A stretch of DNA of 64,000 nucleotides from an uncultured beta proteobacterium (lineage in GTDB: Bacteria > Pseudomonadota > Gammaproteobacteria > Burkholderiales > Eutrophovitaceae), in the NCBI GenBank assembly GCA_963792855.1, contig CAWBXZ010000017.1, forward strand, positions 5,074 to 69,073, in the 5' to 3' direction. Every line of letters starts with the position of its first letter. Position 1 is the stretch's first letter. The translations under genes and the position numbers were made by a program. Positions 18,894-31,019 of the stretch are shown in pieces. Below the pieces are notes generated by a model. It made no database searches. It was not told the DNA's origin and was given only the letters and a program-made list of their open reading frames with translations.

Positions 18894-19010
18894 CGCGGGG
18901 ACTATTCCGGCGCAGGACCGATGCGCGGCGCTATGGTGTCGTTGCCGCGGCCGGCAAGTCTTGCCTCGTCTGGGTGCGGCTGCAGGACTGGCGTGAGGGC
19001 TTCGGTCGCG

Positions 19011-21314
<2,304 letters not shown>

Positions 21315-21349
21315 TCACTGTTCGATAGCCACGGTAAAGAGAGACCGGC

Positions 21350-22219
21350 ATGACTGCCATCAAATTCGCGACGAGTACGGAAGAGCCCGTCGTACGGGCA
21401 TGTCGCTTGATTGAGCGAGCCGTAACGGTGCCGTCGCTGGAGCGGCTGGCAAACGAAGCGGGGATGCCGCGGTATCGTTTTTACCGCATGTTCGTCAAGG
21501 CGCTTGGGGTTACCCCCAGGGCCTATGCGCTCGCGCTGCGGCGCCAACGGTTACAGCAGAAACTGCCGCGCGCACGCGGCGTGGCCGACGCGGTGTTCGA
21601 TGCCGGGTTCGGCTCGGGCAGCCGTGTTTACGAGAAACCGGACGCATTGCTCGGCATGACGCCGGCGGTATATCGCAAAGGCGCGCCGGGCGTGCGAATA
21701 CGTTCGGCAATTGCGCGCAGTTCGCTCGGCTGGCTGATGGTGGCGGCCAGCGCCAAAGGCATTTGCATGATCGAGTTCGGGGCGAACCGCCGGGAACTTG
21801 AACAAACACTGCGTCAACGGTTTTCCGAAGCCGTGCTCGAAGCGGGGGATGCCGATCTGGATAGCTGGTTGCAGCGCATTGTCGACTATTTGCACTTGCC
21901 GGAAGGTGCGCTCGAATTGCCGCTCGACGTGCAGGGCACCGCGTTTCAGCAACAGGTCTGGCATCTGTTGCAGACAATTCCGGCAGGGCAGACGGTGACC
22001 TATGCCCAGGTCGCGCAGAGAATGGGACGGCCGGATGCCGTGCGCGCCGTGGCCGGCGCGATCGCTTCAAACAAACTTGCAGTGGCAATACCCTGCCACA
22101 GGGTGATTGGCGGCGACGGCAAGCTGCGCGGCTATCGCTGGGGCCTCGAACGCAAGCAAGCGTTGCTGCAAAGGGAACGCGAAGCCAACGAGAAACCGGA
22201 GAAACGCCGCCGGGGCTGA
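21350..22219 (+). CDS. AraC-type HTH fused to methylated-DNA-protein-cysteine methyltransferase (Ada-like, lacks the N-terminal Zn methyl-phosphotriester domain)
   Basis: AraC HTH (LANEAGMPRYRFYRMF) followed by an MGMT domain with the active site PCHRV. Confidence 0.8.
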   Translation: MTAIKFATSTEEPVVRACRLIERAVTVPSLERLANEAGMPRYRFYRMFVKALGVTPRAYALALRRQRLQQKLPRARGVADAVFDAGFGSGSRVYEKPDALLGMTPAVYRKGAPGVRIRSAIARSSLGWLMVAASAKGICMIEFGANRRELEQTLRQRFSEAVLEAGDADLDSWLQRIVDYLHLPEGALELPLDVQGTAFQQQVWHLLQTIPAGQTVTYAQVAQRMGRPDAVRAVAGAIASNKLAVAIPCHRVIGGDGKLRGYRWGLERKQALLQREREANEKPEKRRRG

Positions 22220-22251
22220 GCGCGGGACGTCGATACGATGCGCGTTTTCCG

Positions 22252-22758
22252 CTACTGATTTCCGGTCAACAGGGGATCAATATGTTCCCGAAACCAGGAT
22301 GGCATCTTCGCGCCGCGGCTGCGGGATCGCAATATGCCTTCACGGTCGACGACGAAGGTCGTCGGCGTGGCGTACCGTTTTTCGAAGCCGCTTTGCTCGA
22401 GTTCGTCGGTCATCAGACCGTCCAGGTTATAGATATCCAGCATGCGCTCCACCCTGTGACGATCCTCCAGCCGATCGACACCCACCATGATCACCGTGAA
22501 TCCCTTGTCCCGGTTGTTTTCCAGGTAGGTTTCGATGTTGCCGATTTCGTACGCACAAAACTTGCAGTAACTGGAATAGAAATTGATGAGCACGACTTTG
22601 CCGCGTTGTTCTGCAAGATCAAACAACTCTCCCGAAAACAACGGGCCCTTGAGCGCCGGCGCCGGCGCACCGACTTCCAGAGCGGCGTGGGCGTTGCCGT
22701 TAAATAACAGCAGCGAAATGCAGATCAGTGTGATGCGTACGGAACGGGTAATCATCAA
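22252..22758 (-). CDS. Periplasmic thiol:disulfide oxidoreductase (TlpA/ResA-like thioredoxin fold), divergent from the sox genes
   Basis: Signal peptide. CxxC motif (YCKFC) in a thioredoxin-like context. Confidence 0.7.
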   Translation of the reverse strand: MMITRSVRITLICISLLLFNGNAHAALEVGAPAPALKGPLFSGELFDLAEQRGKVVLINFYSSYCKFCAYEIGNIETYLENNRDKGFTVIMVGVDRLEDRHRVERMLDIYNLDGLMTDELEQSGFEKRYATPTTFVVDREGILRSRSRGAKMPSWFREHIDPLLTGNQ

Positions 22759-22934
22759 ATGGGTCCCATTGAGAACGGAAATGGTAGTCTAATCAGTCGC
22801 ACGGATGAACCGCGCCCTGCTGTGCACCCGCCTTTGCAATGCTACTCTTTCGCGGCGGCTGTCACATAGTCAGGGTTGCAGTCCGGGCGAAAACTCAGCA
22901 ATCTTTAACCTTAGCTACGCGGGAAAGCCGTTTC

Positions 22935-23405
22935 ATGGATTCAGGAAGAAGGGCATTCGTTCGTAACGCCGGCAACGCTGGCGTGATTGCATTGCTGGTG
23001 GCGAACGGTTTCCTGAGGCCGGAAAACGCGAGGGCCGCCTTGTGGAACAAGCCGGCATTCGACGCGACGTCCCTCGAAGAAGCACTGGCGAAAGTCGTTG
23101 ACGGGCCGTTGACCGATGGCGCGGATGTGACAATCGTTGCCCCCGATATCGCCGAAAATGGCGCAGTGGTGCCGGTTGGTGTGATCGCCGCAATGCCCGG
23201 CGTAGAGTCGATTGCCATTCTCTGCGAAAAGAATCCTCATCCGCTGGCCGCCATTTACGATATTCCCGCCGGAACGCTTGCCGACGTCAGGACGCGCGTC
23301 AAGATGGCGGGCACCTCGAACGTGGTCGTTCTGGTAAAGGCCGAAGGCAAATTCCATATGGTCTCCAAGGAAATCAAGGTGACCCGAGGCGGCTGCGGCG
23401 GCTGA
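22935..23405 (+). CDS. soxY: Sulfur carrier protein SoxY
   Basis: Tat-type signal (SGRRAFVRNAG) and the diagnostic C-terminal GGCGG. Confidence 0.9.
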   Translation: MDSGRRAFVRNAGNAGVIALLVANGFLRPENARAALWNKPAFDATSLEEALAKVVDGPLTDGADVTIVAPDIAENGAVVPVGVIAAMPGVESIAILCEKNPHPLAAIYDIPAGTLADVRTRVKMAGTSNVVVLVKAEGKFHMVSKEIKVTRGGCGG

Positions 23406-23430
23406 CGGCAAGACTTTACAGGACCTGAAG

Positions 23431-23778
23431 ATGGCGAAACCAATGAAAGTGCGCGCCCGGAACGACGGCGAGATTACCGATGTTCGGGTCTTGATGCGGC
23501 ACGACATGGAAACCGGGCAGCGGAAGACGCAGGAAGGCGATCCCATCCCGGCGCACTACATTCAGAATGTCACCGTCCGCCACGGCCAGCGCGTCGTGCT
23601 GTTTGCGCAATGGGGGCCGGCGGTGTCGAAGAATCCATTCCTCGGTTTCAAGTTCCGCGGCGCAGCCGCAGGCGATCGCATCGAAGTCACCTGGGTGGAC
23701 AACAAAGGCGTGGAATTGGCGCGAACAAGATGGAGCACACTAGGTTGGATGTTACGTGAGGTCTGCCCGCGCGGATAA
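23431..23778 (+). CDS. soxZ: SoxZ
   Basis: SoxZ-like sequence (MRHDMETGQRK...) directly after soxY. The C-terminal tail is somewhat longer than the SoxZ I remember. Confidence 0.8.
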   Translation: MAKPMKVRARNDGEITDVRVLMRHDMETGQRKTQEGDPIPAHYIQNVTVRHGQRVVLFAQWGPAVSKNPFLGFKFRGAAAGDRIEVTWVDNKGVELARTRWSTLGWMLREVCPRG

Positions 23779-23791
23779 ACGAGGGTCGTGC

Positions 23792-24595
23792 ATGTCCGGT
23801 AACAAGACAGTCTCTGCGCTCATTGCGACTTTCCTGTCGCTGTGCCTCGCCGGCGAAGCGCTCGCGCAGGATACGATGGACGAAATCATTCGTTATCGGG
23901 AAATGCTTGCGGACGCAAACCCTGCGGAATTGCTCGAACTCGAGGGGGAGATGTTGTGGACCACGCCACGCGGACCGAAGAACGCGACGCTCGAGCAATG
24001 TGACCTGGGCCTTGGGCCCGGCGTGTTGCGCGGTGCCTATGCGCAACTGCCGCGTTACTTTGCGGATACCGGAAAAGTACAGGATGCCGAATCCCGGATC
24101 GTGACCTGCATCATGGAACTGCAGGGCTTGAGCCGGGAGGAGGCGATCCGCGGCTGGTACAAACCCGGCTCGGAGAATGAGGCGCTGGTGACTTTCGTGG
24201 CGACACAGTCGCGTGGCGAGAGAATACATGTCCCGGCGGCGCACCCGAAAGAGGCGGAACTGTACGAAATCGGCGAAGCCCTGTTTTACCGCCGCGCCGG
24301 CCCTCTCGACTTTGCGTGTTCCACCTGCCATGGCTTGGACGGCCGGCGTATCCGCTTGCAGGAGTTGCCCAACCTTTCTTCGAAAGAGGGTGCCCAGACG
24401 TCGATGTCGCAATGGCCGGCCTACCGTGTCTCGCAAGGCGTCGTTTGGACCATGCAGCGCCGCCTTATCGACTGTATCCGGCAAATGCGCTGGCCGGAGC
24501 CGGAGTTTCTTTCGGACGTTGTGATCGCGCTCCAGGTTTACATGCAGAACAAGGCCAGCGGGGTGGTTTCGGAAGCGCCCGGGATCAAGCGATGA
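23792..24595 (+). CDS. soxA: SoxA, mono-heme type
   Basis: Signal peptide from the ATG at 23792. Single CSTCH motif and a conserved distal Cys (LIDCIRQMRWPE). Stop overlaps the soxX start. Confidence 0.85.
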   Translation: MSGNKTVSALIATFLSLCLAGEALAQDTMDEIIRYREMLADANPAELLELEGEMLWTTPRGPKNATLEQCDLGLGPGVLRGAYAQLPRYFADTGKVQDAESRIVTCIMELQGLSREEAIRGWYKPGSENEALVTFVATQSRGERIHVPAAHPKEAELYEIGEALFYRRAGPLDFACSTCHGLDGRRIRLQELPNLSSKEGAQTSMSQWPAYRVSQGVVWTMQRRLIDCIRQMRWPEPEFLSDVVIALQVYMQNKASGVVSEAPGIKR

Positions 24596-25254
24596 AAACG
24601 GGAACTGCGCGGCTTGCGTTGATCGCTGCCGTTTTCGCGGCCGGAACTGTTTCCGTCTGGCCAGGCGCTGCGGCCGACGAAAAGTCCGGTGTTCCCGGTG
24701 CAAACGATGCCGCCGTTGAGGCGATCATGCGCAAGTCGTTCACCAATGTAACCCCTGAGCAATGGCGCTCGCGCGTGGAGCAGGACGAGGTCCAGAAACT
24801 GTGCAGCCGTTATCGCAACGATCCGCCGCCCGAGGTGGCAAAACGCATTCTCGAGTTGTCGAACCGCGAGTTCCGCTATCCGTCGAACGGTGAGTTGCTG
24901 GGAGACTGGAAAAACGGCGAGAAGCTGGCGTCTTCCGGTAAAGGCGGTCATATCGGCACCATTCAGCCGGACCCGCCGGGACGCGAGCGTGGTGCGAATT
25001 GTTACGCCTGCCATGCGTTGGCGCCCGGTGAATTGTCAGCCGGCAATCTCGGGCCCAGCCTTACCGGTTATGGCAAGCTGCATGGCATGTCGACCGACAG
25101 CGTCCGGCGCGTTTACCAGAAAATCTACAATGCGCAGGCTTTCTACCCTTGCTCGCAAATGCCGCGTTTCGGACACAATGAATGGCTGACTCCGGAGGAA
25201 GTGGCGGATGCGGTGGCCTTCCTGCTTGACGCGGATTCGCCGGTAAACCAGTGA
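24592..25254 (+). CDS. soxX: SoxX c-type cytochrome
   Basis: ATGA overlap with soxA. Signal peptide. CYACH heme motif. Confidence 0.85.
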   Translation: MKTGTARLALIAAVFAAGTVSVWPGAAADEKSGVPGANDAAVEAIMRKSFTNVTPEQWRSRVEQDEVQKLCSRYRNDPPPEVAKRILELSNREFRYPSNGELLGDWKNGEKLASSGKGGHIGTIQPDPPGRERGANCYACHALAPGELSAGNLGPSLTGYGKLHGMSTDSVRRVYQKIYNAQAFYPCSQMPRFGHNEWLTPEEVADAVAFLLDADSPVNQ

Positions 25255-25361
25255 TGCGGACACCGGCAGCGCCCGACCTGTGGCACTGCATTTGTCACGA
25301 TGCGCCTGTATCGGGTCGAAACATTCGGCGCGTGCGTTGAAGCCATCGACGGTTTGACGAA

Positions 25362-27068
25362 ATGAATCGACGCGAGTTTTTGCAGATGTTGGCCGCAGCG
25401 GCCGCAGCCGGCATGCCGATCAGCGCGCCGCGCGCGCTCGCGGGCGATGCCGATGCGCTGTATGACATTCCCCCGTTCGGCAACGTGTCGCTGCTGCACT
25501 TTACCGACTGTCATGCGCAGTTGCTGCCGCTCTATTACCGCGAGCCGCAGTGCAATATCGGTGTTGGTGCCGCGCATGGAAAACCGCCACACCTGGTCGG
25601 CGAAGCCTTGTTGCGGCATTTCGGTATTGCGCCGGGCACGGCTCAGGCACATGCGTTCAGTTTTCTCGATTTTTCCGCGGCTGCGCGGTCCTACGGCAAA
25701 GTGGGCGGATTCGCGCATCTGGCATCGCTTGTGAAGCGCCTGCGCGGGACGCGTCCGGGCGCGTTGCTTCTCGACGGCGGCGACACATGGCAGGGTTCGG
25801 CAACCGCGTTGTGGACGCGAGGGCAGGACATGGTCGATGTTTGTCTCGCGCTCGGCGTCGACGTGATGACGGCGCACTGGGAGTTCACCTATGGCGCGCA
25901 GCGGGTCAGCGAGTTGATCGCGAACGATTTGCACGGCCGGATCGATTTCGTTGCCCAGAATGTACGCACCAGAGACTTCGAAGATCCCGTGTTCCCGCCT
26001 TACGTCATGCGCGAGGTGAACGGCGTTGCGGTCGCGATCATCGGTCAGGCTTATCCCTATACGCCGATTGCCAATCCGGGCCACTTCATTCCCGACTGGA
26101 GTTTTGGTATCCGCGAGCGCGAATTGCAGAAAGCAGTGGACGACGCCAGAGATGCCGGCGCCAGTGTTGTCGTCCTGCTCTCGCACAATGGCATGGATAT
26201 CGATCTGAAACTCGCCTCGCGGGTACGAGGGATTCACGCGATACTTGGCGGCCATACGCACGACGCAGTGCCGGCGCCGGTACGGGTCGAAAACGCCGGC
26301 GGCATGACACTGGTTACCAACGCCGGTTGCAACGGAAAGTTTCTCGGCGTACTGGATTTCGATGTCAGGCACGGGCAGGTGATCGATTACCGCTACGGTT
26401 TGCTGCCGGTGTTTTCCGCGCTTTTGCCGGCCGATCCGGAAATGGCAGAGCTGATCGAGCAAAAGCGCAAGCCCTTTGCCGCGGAGCTTTCCCAACCATT
26501 GGCAGTGACCGACGGTCTGCTTTACCGGCGCGGCAACTTCAACGGCAGTTTCGACGAGCTGGTTCTTCGGGCACTGATGGAAGCCAGGGACGCACAGATC
26601 GCTTTTTCACCGGGTTTTCGCTGGGGGCCCAGCATTTTGCCGGGAGAGACGCTGACGCGCGAAGACGTGATGAACCAGACCGCGATCACCTATCCGTCAG
26701 TGAGCGTAAGCGAACTGACCGGGGAGCAGATCAAATCCATTCTCGAAGACGTCTGCGACAATCTGTTCAACCCGGATCCCTATTACCAGCAGGGTGGCGA
26801 CATGGTGCGCGTAGGCGGACTGACATATGCGTGCGCGCCGCGCGAGTCGATCGGCTCGCGCATCAGCGACATGCGGCTCAAGGGGGAGTTGATCGACGCG
26901 AATCGCAGTTATCGTGTCGCCGGCTGGGCATCGACTGCGCCGGACGCGCAGGGTGAGCCGGTATGGGAAGTGGTGGAGGGCTGGCTGCGCGCCCGTCAAC
27001 ACGTCGCGCCGGTCAAAGCGAGCGTGCCGCGATTGATCGGCGTTGAAACCGAGCCCGGTATCGGTTGA
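25362..27068 (+). CDS. soxB: Thiosulfohydrolase SoxB
   Basis: Tat signal MNRREFLQMLAAAAAAG. Metallophosphoesterase / 5'-nucleotidase-like sequence of 568 aa. Position after soxAX. Confidence 0.9.
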   Translation: MNRREFLQMLAAAAAAGMPISAPRALAGDADALYDIPPFGNVSLLHFTDCHAQLLPLYYREPQCNIGVGAAHGKPPHLVGEALLRHFGIAPGTAQAHAFSFLDFSAAARSYGKVGGFAHLASLVKRLRGTRPGALLLDGGDTWQGSATALWTRGQDMVDVCLALGVDVMTAHWEFTYGAQRVSELIANDLHGRIDFVAQNVRTRDFEDPVFPPYVMREVNGVAVAIIGQAYPYTPIANPGHFIPDWSFGIRERELQKAVDDARDAGASVVVLLSHNGMDIDLKLASRVRGIHAILGGHTHDAVPAPVRVENAGGMTLVTNAGCNGKFLGVLDFDVRHGQVIDYRYGLLPVFSALLPADPEMAELIEQKRKPFAAELSQPLAVTDGLLYRRGNFNGSFDELVLRALMEARDAQIAFSPGFRWGPSILPGETLTREDVMNQTAITYPSVSVSELTGEQIKSILEDVCDNLFNPDPYYQQGGDMVRVGGLTYACAPRESIGSRISDMRLKGELIDANRSYRVAGWASTAPDAQGEPVWEVVEGWLRARQHVAPVKASVPRLIGVETEPGIG

Positions 27069-27100
27069 TTGCGATCGCGCGAGCCGTCCGGGCCCGGTAA

Positions 27101-28069
27101 TCAGTCCAGTTTGTCGGCGCTGATCAGTCCTTTTTCGAGCAGCGAGCGAAAAACGGAATGCGTTTGCGTGATGCCCTCATCGAGCGGCATTTGTCCGTAG
27201 TCACCCAGATAGGCTCGCAACGGGTCATCCGACAAATCCATCGGAAACGGCAGAGACGGGCCGTTGGCGTTGATGTCCGAACCCGGTGCGATTTTCTTGA
27301 TGATGCCGAGCGATTCTTCCACCGTTGAAGAGACACCGTTGATGTCGAACACGACGGCTTCGGCGCGCGGTTGCGAGACGGCCTTGATGAACGCGCTGGC
27401 GACCTCTCCGGCATGGAGCCAGGAAACCGGCCCGGTAAACGGAATGGTGTAGGACTTGTCTGCCGCAGCGGCAAGGATCGCCACGGTTGTCTTCGAAGTC
27501 ATCCCCTGGTCGCGGCCGACGCCGTAAACGACACCGGGGCGCATTCCCACGCTGGGTACTTTCCAGTCCTGCATGTAAACGCGTGAAGTCTGTTCGTTGC
27601 AGAACTTGTAAGCGCCATAAAGCGTTGCGAGGGTTTTGGCATCGAACACGCCATGCGCGGCAATTGAACTGGCATAGGCGAGCCGCGTCAGTTTGTGCTT
27701 GCGCGCGGCTTCGAACACGTTGATGGTTCCGACGACGTTGACCCTGGCGCCGGCGATCGGATCGGCCTTGCAGAACGGCACTTGCAGCGCCGCGAGGTGA
27801 ATAATCGATGTCGCCTTGCTTTCTTCGACGGCATTCATGATCGTTGCCGGTTCCGAAATATCGCCGACAAACCATTTCACCAGGCCGAGCTCGGAATCGG
27901 ACATCAGCAGCTTCGGGCGACGCGTGTCCTTGACCAGGTCCAGGGCGAACACCGGAACGCCGGCATCGACCAGCAACGAAAGTACCCAGCTTCCTATGCA
28001 ACCGCCGGCGCCAGTGAGCAGAACGGGTCCGTCGAAATTCTTCGCGTCGATATTGAACTTGTTGGCCAT
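27101..28069 (-). CDS. NAD-dependent epimerase/dehydratase family protein (extended SDR)
   Basis: LLTGAGGCIGSW Rossmann motif and a YxxxK-like YGAYK. Confidence 0.75.
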   Translation of the reverse strand: MANKFNIDAKNFDGPVLLTGAGGCIGSWVLSLLVDAGVPVFALDLVKDTRRPKLLMSDSELGLVKWFVGDISEPATIMNAVEESKATSIIHLAALQVPFCKADPIAGARVNVVGTINVFEAARKHKLTRLAYASSIAAHGVFDAKTLATLYGAYKFCNEQTSRVYMQDWKVPSVGMRPGVVYGVGRDQGMTSKTTVAILAAAADKSYTIPFTGPVSWLHAGEVASAFIKAVSQPRAEAVVFDINGVSSTVEESLGIIKKIAPGSDINANGPSLPFPMDLSDDPLRAYLGDYGQMPLDEGITQTHSVFRSLLEKGLISADKLD

Positions 28070-28274
28070 CCTGGTTCTTTCTGTCTCGTGACGTTGAGTT
28101 GGATTACGGAACCTGTCTCATCATTGCTCGCGCGTGCGATGGCTACGATTTTCGCTCCCGGCCAGGCACGAACGACGGTGTTTGGCTCGACCAAACAAGG
28201 AGCGTGTAACACCGGCGGGGGGCGAAAACTCGGTCCGGACGTAACGCATCGTGCGATCAATTATGAGACAGGCC

Positions 28275-29147
28275 CTAGACTTCCATCGGCAATTCGGGGT
28301 CTGCGGCCCATTCGGTCAGAGAGGCATCGTAGACCTTGACGTTCTTGTGTCCGAGCATCTCCAGCGCCAGCGCCACACTGGTGGCGGCAATGCCGCCCCC
28401 GCAGTAGGTGATGACCTGCGGTTTCGACAGTGCCGGCGCAAATATGCTGCGCAACTCGTCCGTGTCCTTGAAAGTATTGTCGTCATTGACGTGATGCAGG
28501 GCCGGCATGCTGACGCTTCCGGTGATGTGTCCGCGCCGCCCGTAGTTCACGCCACCGGTGCCGGCATGCTGTTCCGGGCGCAGTGCGTTGATGGTGCATA
28601 TGTCGCCTGCATTGACTGCCGCAAGCACGTCGTCACGCGTGGCAACCATTTGCCCGTTCGGTTCGCGCGCGGAGTATTTCCCCGGTGCAGGTTTCGGTGC
28701 CGGACCGGTTTCAATCGGGCGGCCTTCCGCCTTCCATTTCTGGAATCCACCGTCGAGAACGGCGACGCGATCGTGCCCGAACACCTTGAGCATCCACCAC
28801 AGACGGGTGGCCCACCAATGGCTGGTGGTCGAATAGGTGACTACGAAACTATCGTCCGATACGCCATAGCTCGCCATTGACCGGGCGAACGTTTTTGCAT
28901 CCGGGAGCATGAAATGCAGTTTCGGGTCGGGCGTCGACAGTTCGTGCTCGACGTCGACGAAGACGGCCCCGGGGATATGGCCTTTATCGAAATCCTCTCG
29001 CGCCGGTACGACGTCATAGAGGGAAAAATCCGGTTTCGGCGGCAGCAGCGTCGACGGGTCGAGAATCCGGACATTGGGGTCATCGAGGTGTTTCGCCAGC
29101 CAATCGGTGCTGACGAGAAACTCGGGATAGGTGTTGGCGTCGGTCAT
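28275..29147 (-). CDS. Sulfurtransferase with tandem rhodanese domains (second copy in the window)
   Basis: Two rhodanese domains. Active-site loop CGGGIAAT. Confidence 0.75.
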   Translation of the reverse strand: MTDANTYPEFLVSTDWLAKHLDDPNVRILDPSTLLPPKPDFSLYDVVPAREDFDKGHIPGAVFVDVEHELSTPDPKLHFMLPDAKTFARSMASYGVSDDSFVVTYSTTSHWWATRLWWMLKVFGHDRVAVLDGGFQKWKAEGRPIETGPAPKPAPGKYSAREPNGQMVATRDDVLAAVNAGDICTINALRPEQHAGTGGVNYGRRGHITGSVSMPALHHVNDDNTFKDTDELRSIFAPALSKPQVITYCGGGIAATSVALALEMLGHKNVKVYDASLTEWAADPELPMEV

Positions 29148-29223
29148 ATTGATTCAATCGTATCAGTGGTGTGCCTGTGGATCTCTTCGTCGGGTATTTC
29201 TGCCGATGCTCGCCGCCCGGGGG

Positions 29224-29865
29224 TCAGAAATGACCGCGGACGTTCATCAGGAAAAACTGTCCACCGGCATCGACGTCACCCGTCACGTAGGGGTTGAAAC
29301 TGGTTTCGAGGTTGAGCCATCGGTACTCCAGCCCGACGCTGAGTTTCCTCGAAACGTATATGTCCGTGCCCACCAGCAACTGGTATCCGAGATCAGTTTC
29401 GGTTTCGTCTATTTCCGCGCCGGACCCGACTTCGACGTTCAGGTTGGTTGCATAGAAACCGAGGCCGCCACCGGCATAAAGGTCAAAGACGCCGAGCGGG
29501 GCGATGAGCTTGATGACCGCGCTGGCACCGGTGCTGACCAGGTCGGCACGGCCTTGCGCGTTGGGGATGGTTGCGGGCGCGGTGAAATCCTGGTCCCAGA
29601 GCAGCGCGTCTGCTTCGATCGCGATATTGGGTGACGCCCGGTAGCCGCCGCTGAAAAACACCGCTGCGCCGGCATCCTGATTCGCTAACTGCGGATTGTC
29701 TTCCTCGGAATAAGCGCCGAACCCGCCGCCGATGTACCAATGTCCGACCCGGCTTTCCGCGGAATTGGACTGGGCCATGCCGATCCCGGGAGTGCAAAGG
29801 CAGGCAAGGGTGGCAAGGGCAATAACCGTGCGCTGGATAATGGTTTGCATGTCTGTATTCCTCAT
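29224..29865 (-). CDS. Outer-membrane beta-barrel protein (porin family / OmpW-OmpA-barrel-like)
   Basis: Signal peptide, alternating beta-strand pattern and a C-terminal aromatic residue (…NVRGHF). Confidence 0.65.
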   Translation of the reverse strand: MRNTDMQTIIQRTVIALATLACLCTPGIGMAQSNSAESRVGHWYIGGGFGAYSEEDNPQLANQDAGAAVFFSGGYRASPNIAIEADALLWDQDFTAPATIPNAQGRADLVSTGASAVIKLIAPLGVFDLYAGGGLGFYATNLNVEVGSGAEIDETETDLGYQLLVGTDIYVSRKLSVGLEYRWLNLETSFNPYVTGDVDAGGQFFLMNVRGHF

Positions 29866-30123
29866 TTCAAATTCGCGGGCAAAGGTTGCGAAAAATCGAT
29901 GCCGGTGCCGTTCGCCGCGGCCGCTGGCAGGCGGCGTTGTTGTACCTGCCGGTCATCAGTCTGGCTGCCGCTGCAACGCGGCGAAAAGCAAGATAAAGAC
30001 AGATTAAACAATCGGTTGATGGCAGTCCGGCCAAATTTTACCGGAACCGTTCCGCAAAGGGTTTCAAGATGCCCCCGCTCTGTTGCATGATGAGCGAATC
30101 TCGGCAAGCAGCGAAACAGACCA

Positions 30124-30975
30124 ATGAATAATGATACCGCTTACCTCGAATCGCTTTTCAATAACCGGGCCGCTGTGCCTGATTTTCAGGCCTTCTTCGA
30201 TCGTTGGGAGACGAAATCGAACGCCACGTTGCACTCGCTCAGGGCTCAGGTCGAGAAAGACGTGCCCTACGGCGACGACATCATGGAAACCATGGATGTG
30301 TTCATGCCGAAGGGGCCGGGCAAGGCCCTGCTGATGTTCATACACGGCGGCTACTGGCGCTCGCTCGACAAGAAGCAGCATGCGTTTGTTGCGGCGCCAT
30401 TCGTCGATGCCGGCATTGCGGTCGCGTCGATCAACTATTCGCTGTGCCCGGCAGTGTCGATGGAGCATATCGTCAAACAGATGATTGCGGCGAGCGCCTA
30501 TCTTTATCGTAACGCTGCGGATTTCGGCGTCCCGCGCAACAGGATGTATGTTGCGGGGCACTCGGCGGGCGGCCATCTGGCCGCCATGGCGCTCGCCTGC
30601 CTGTGGCCGCAGGTCGCACGGGGGTTGCCACGCAAATTGTTTCAGGCCGCGTTGTCGATCAGCGGCGTCTACGACTTGCGGGTGCTGACGCGGGTGCCTT
30701 CGATCAACGCGGATCTGAGAATGACGCCCGAGGATGCGCGCAAGCTCAGCCCGGCGCTGATGCAGCCTGCGACCGACGCACCGTTGACGATCGCAGTGGG
30801 CGGGCGCGAAATAGGCGGCTTCAAGGACCAGCACAGAATCATTGCCCAAGCCTGGAGCGCGCATATCGGAGCGGACATACCCTGCCCCGAGGAGCATCAT
30901 TTCAGCATCCTGGAAACCTTTGCGAACCCGCAAAGCGAACTGTTCAAGGCATCGTTGCGAATGATGGGAATCTGA
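30124..30975 (+). CDS. Alpha/beta hydrolase (esterase / arylformamidase-like)
   Basis: HGGYW oxyanion motif and GHSAGGH nucleophile elbow. Confidence 0.7.
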   Translation: MNNDTAYLESLFNNRAAVPDFQAFFDRWETKSNATLHSLRAQVEKDVPYGDDIMETMDVFMPKGPGKALLMFIHGGYWRSLDKKQHAFVAAPFVDAGIAVASINYSLCPAVSMEHIVKQMIAASAYLYRNAADFGVPRNRMYVAGHSAGGHLAAMALACLWPQVARGLPRKLFQAALSISGVYDLRVLTRVPSINADLRMTPEDARKLSPALMQPATDAPLTIAVGGREIGGFKDQHRIIAQAWSAHIGADIPCPEEHHFSILETFANPQSELFKASLRMMGI

Positions 30976-31019
30976 CCTGGTCGAACCCGGTTTGCATTTC
31001 CGCGCCAAATACTGGTTAA

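Noticed and set aside
23756-23791. Earlier start for soxA (23756), which would overlap the soxZ 3' end.
   Set aside because: The signal peptide begins at the ATG at 23792 (MSGNKTVSALIATFLSLCLAGEALA). The earlier start only adds a charged, non-signal extension.
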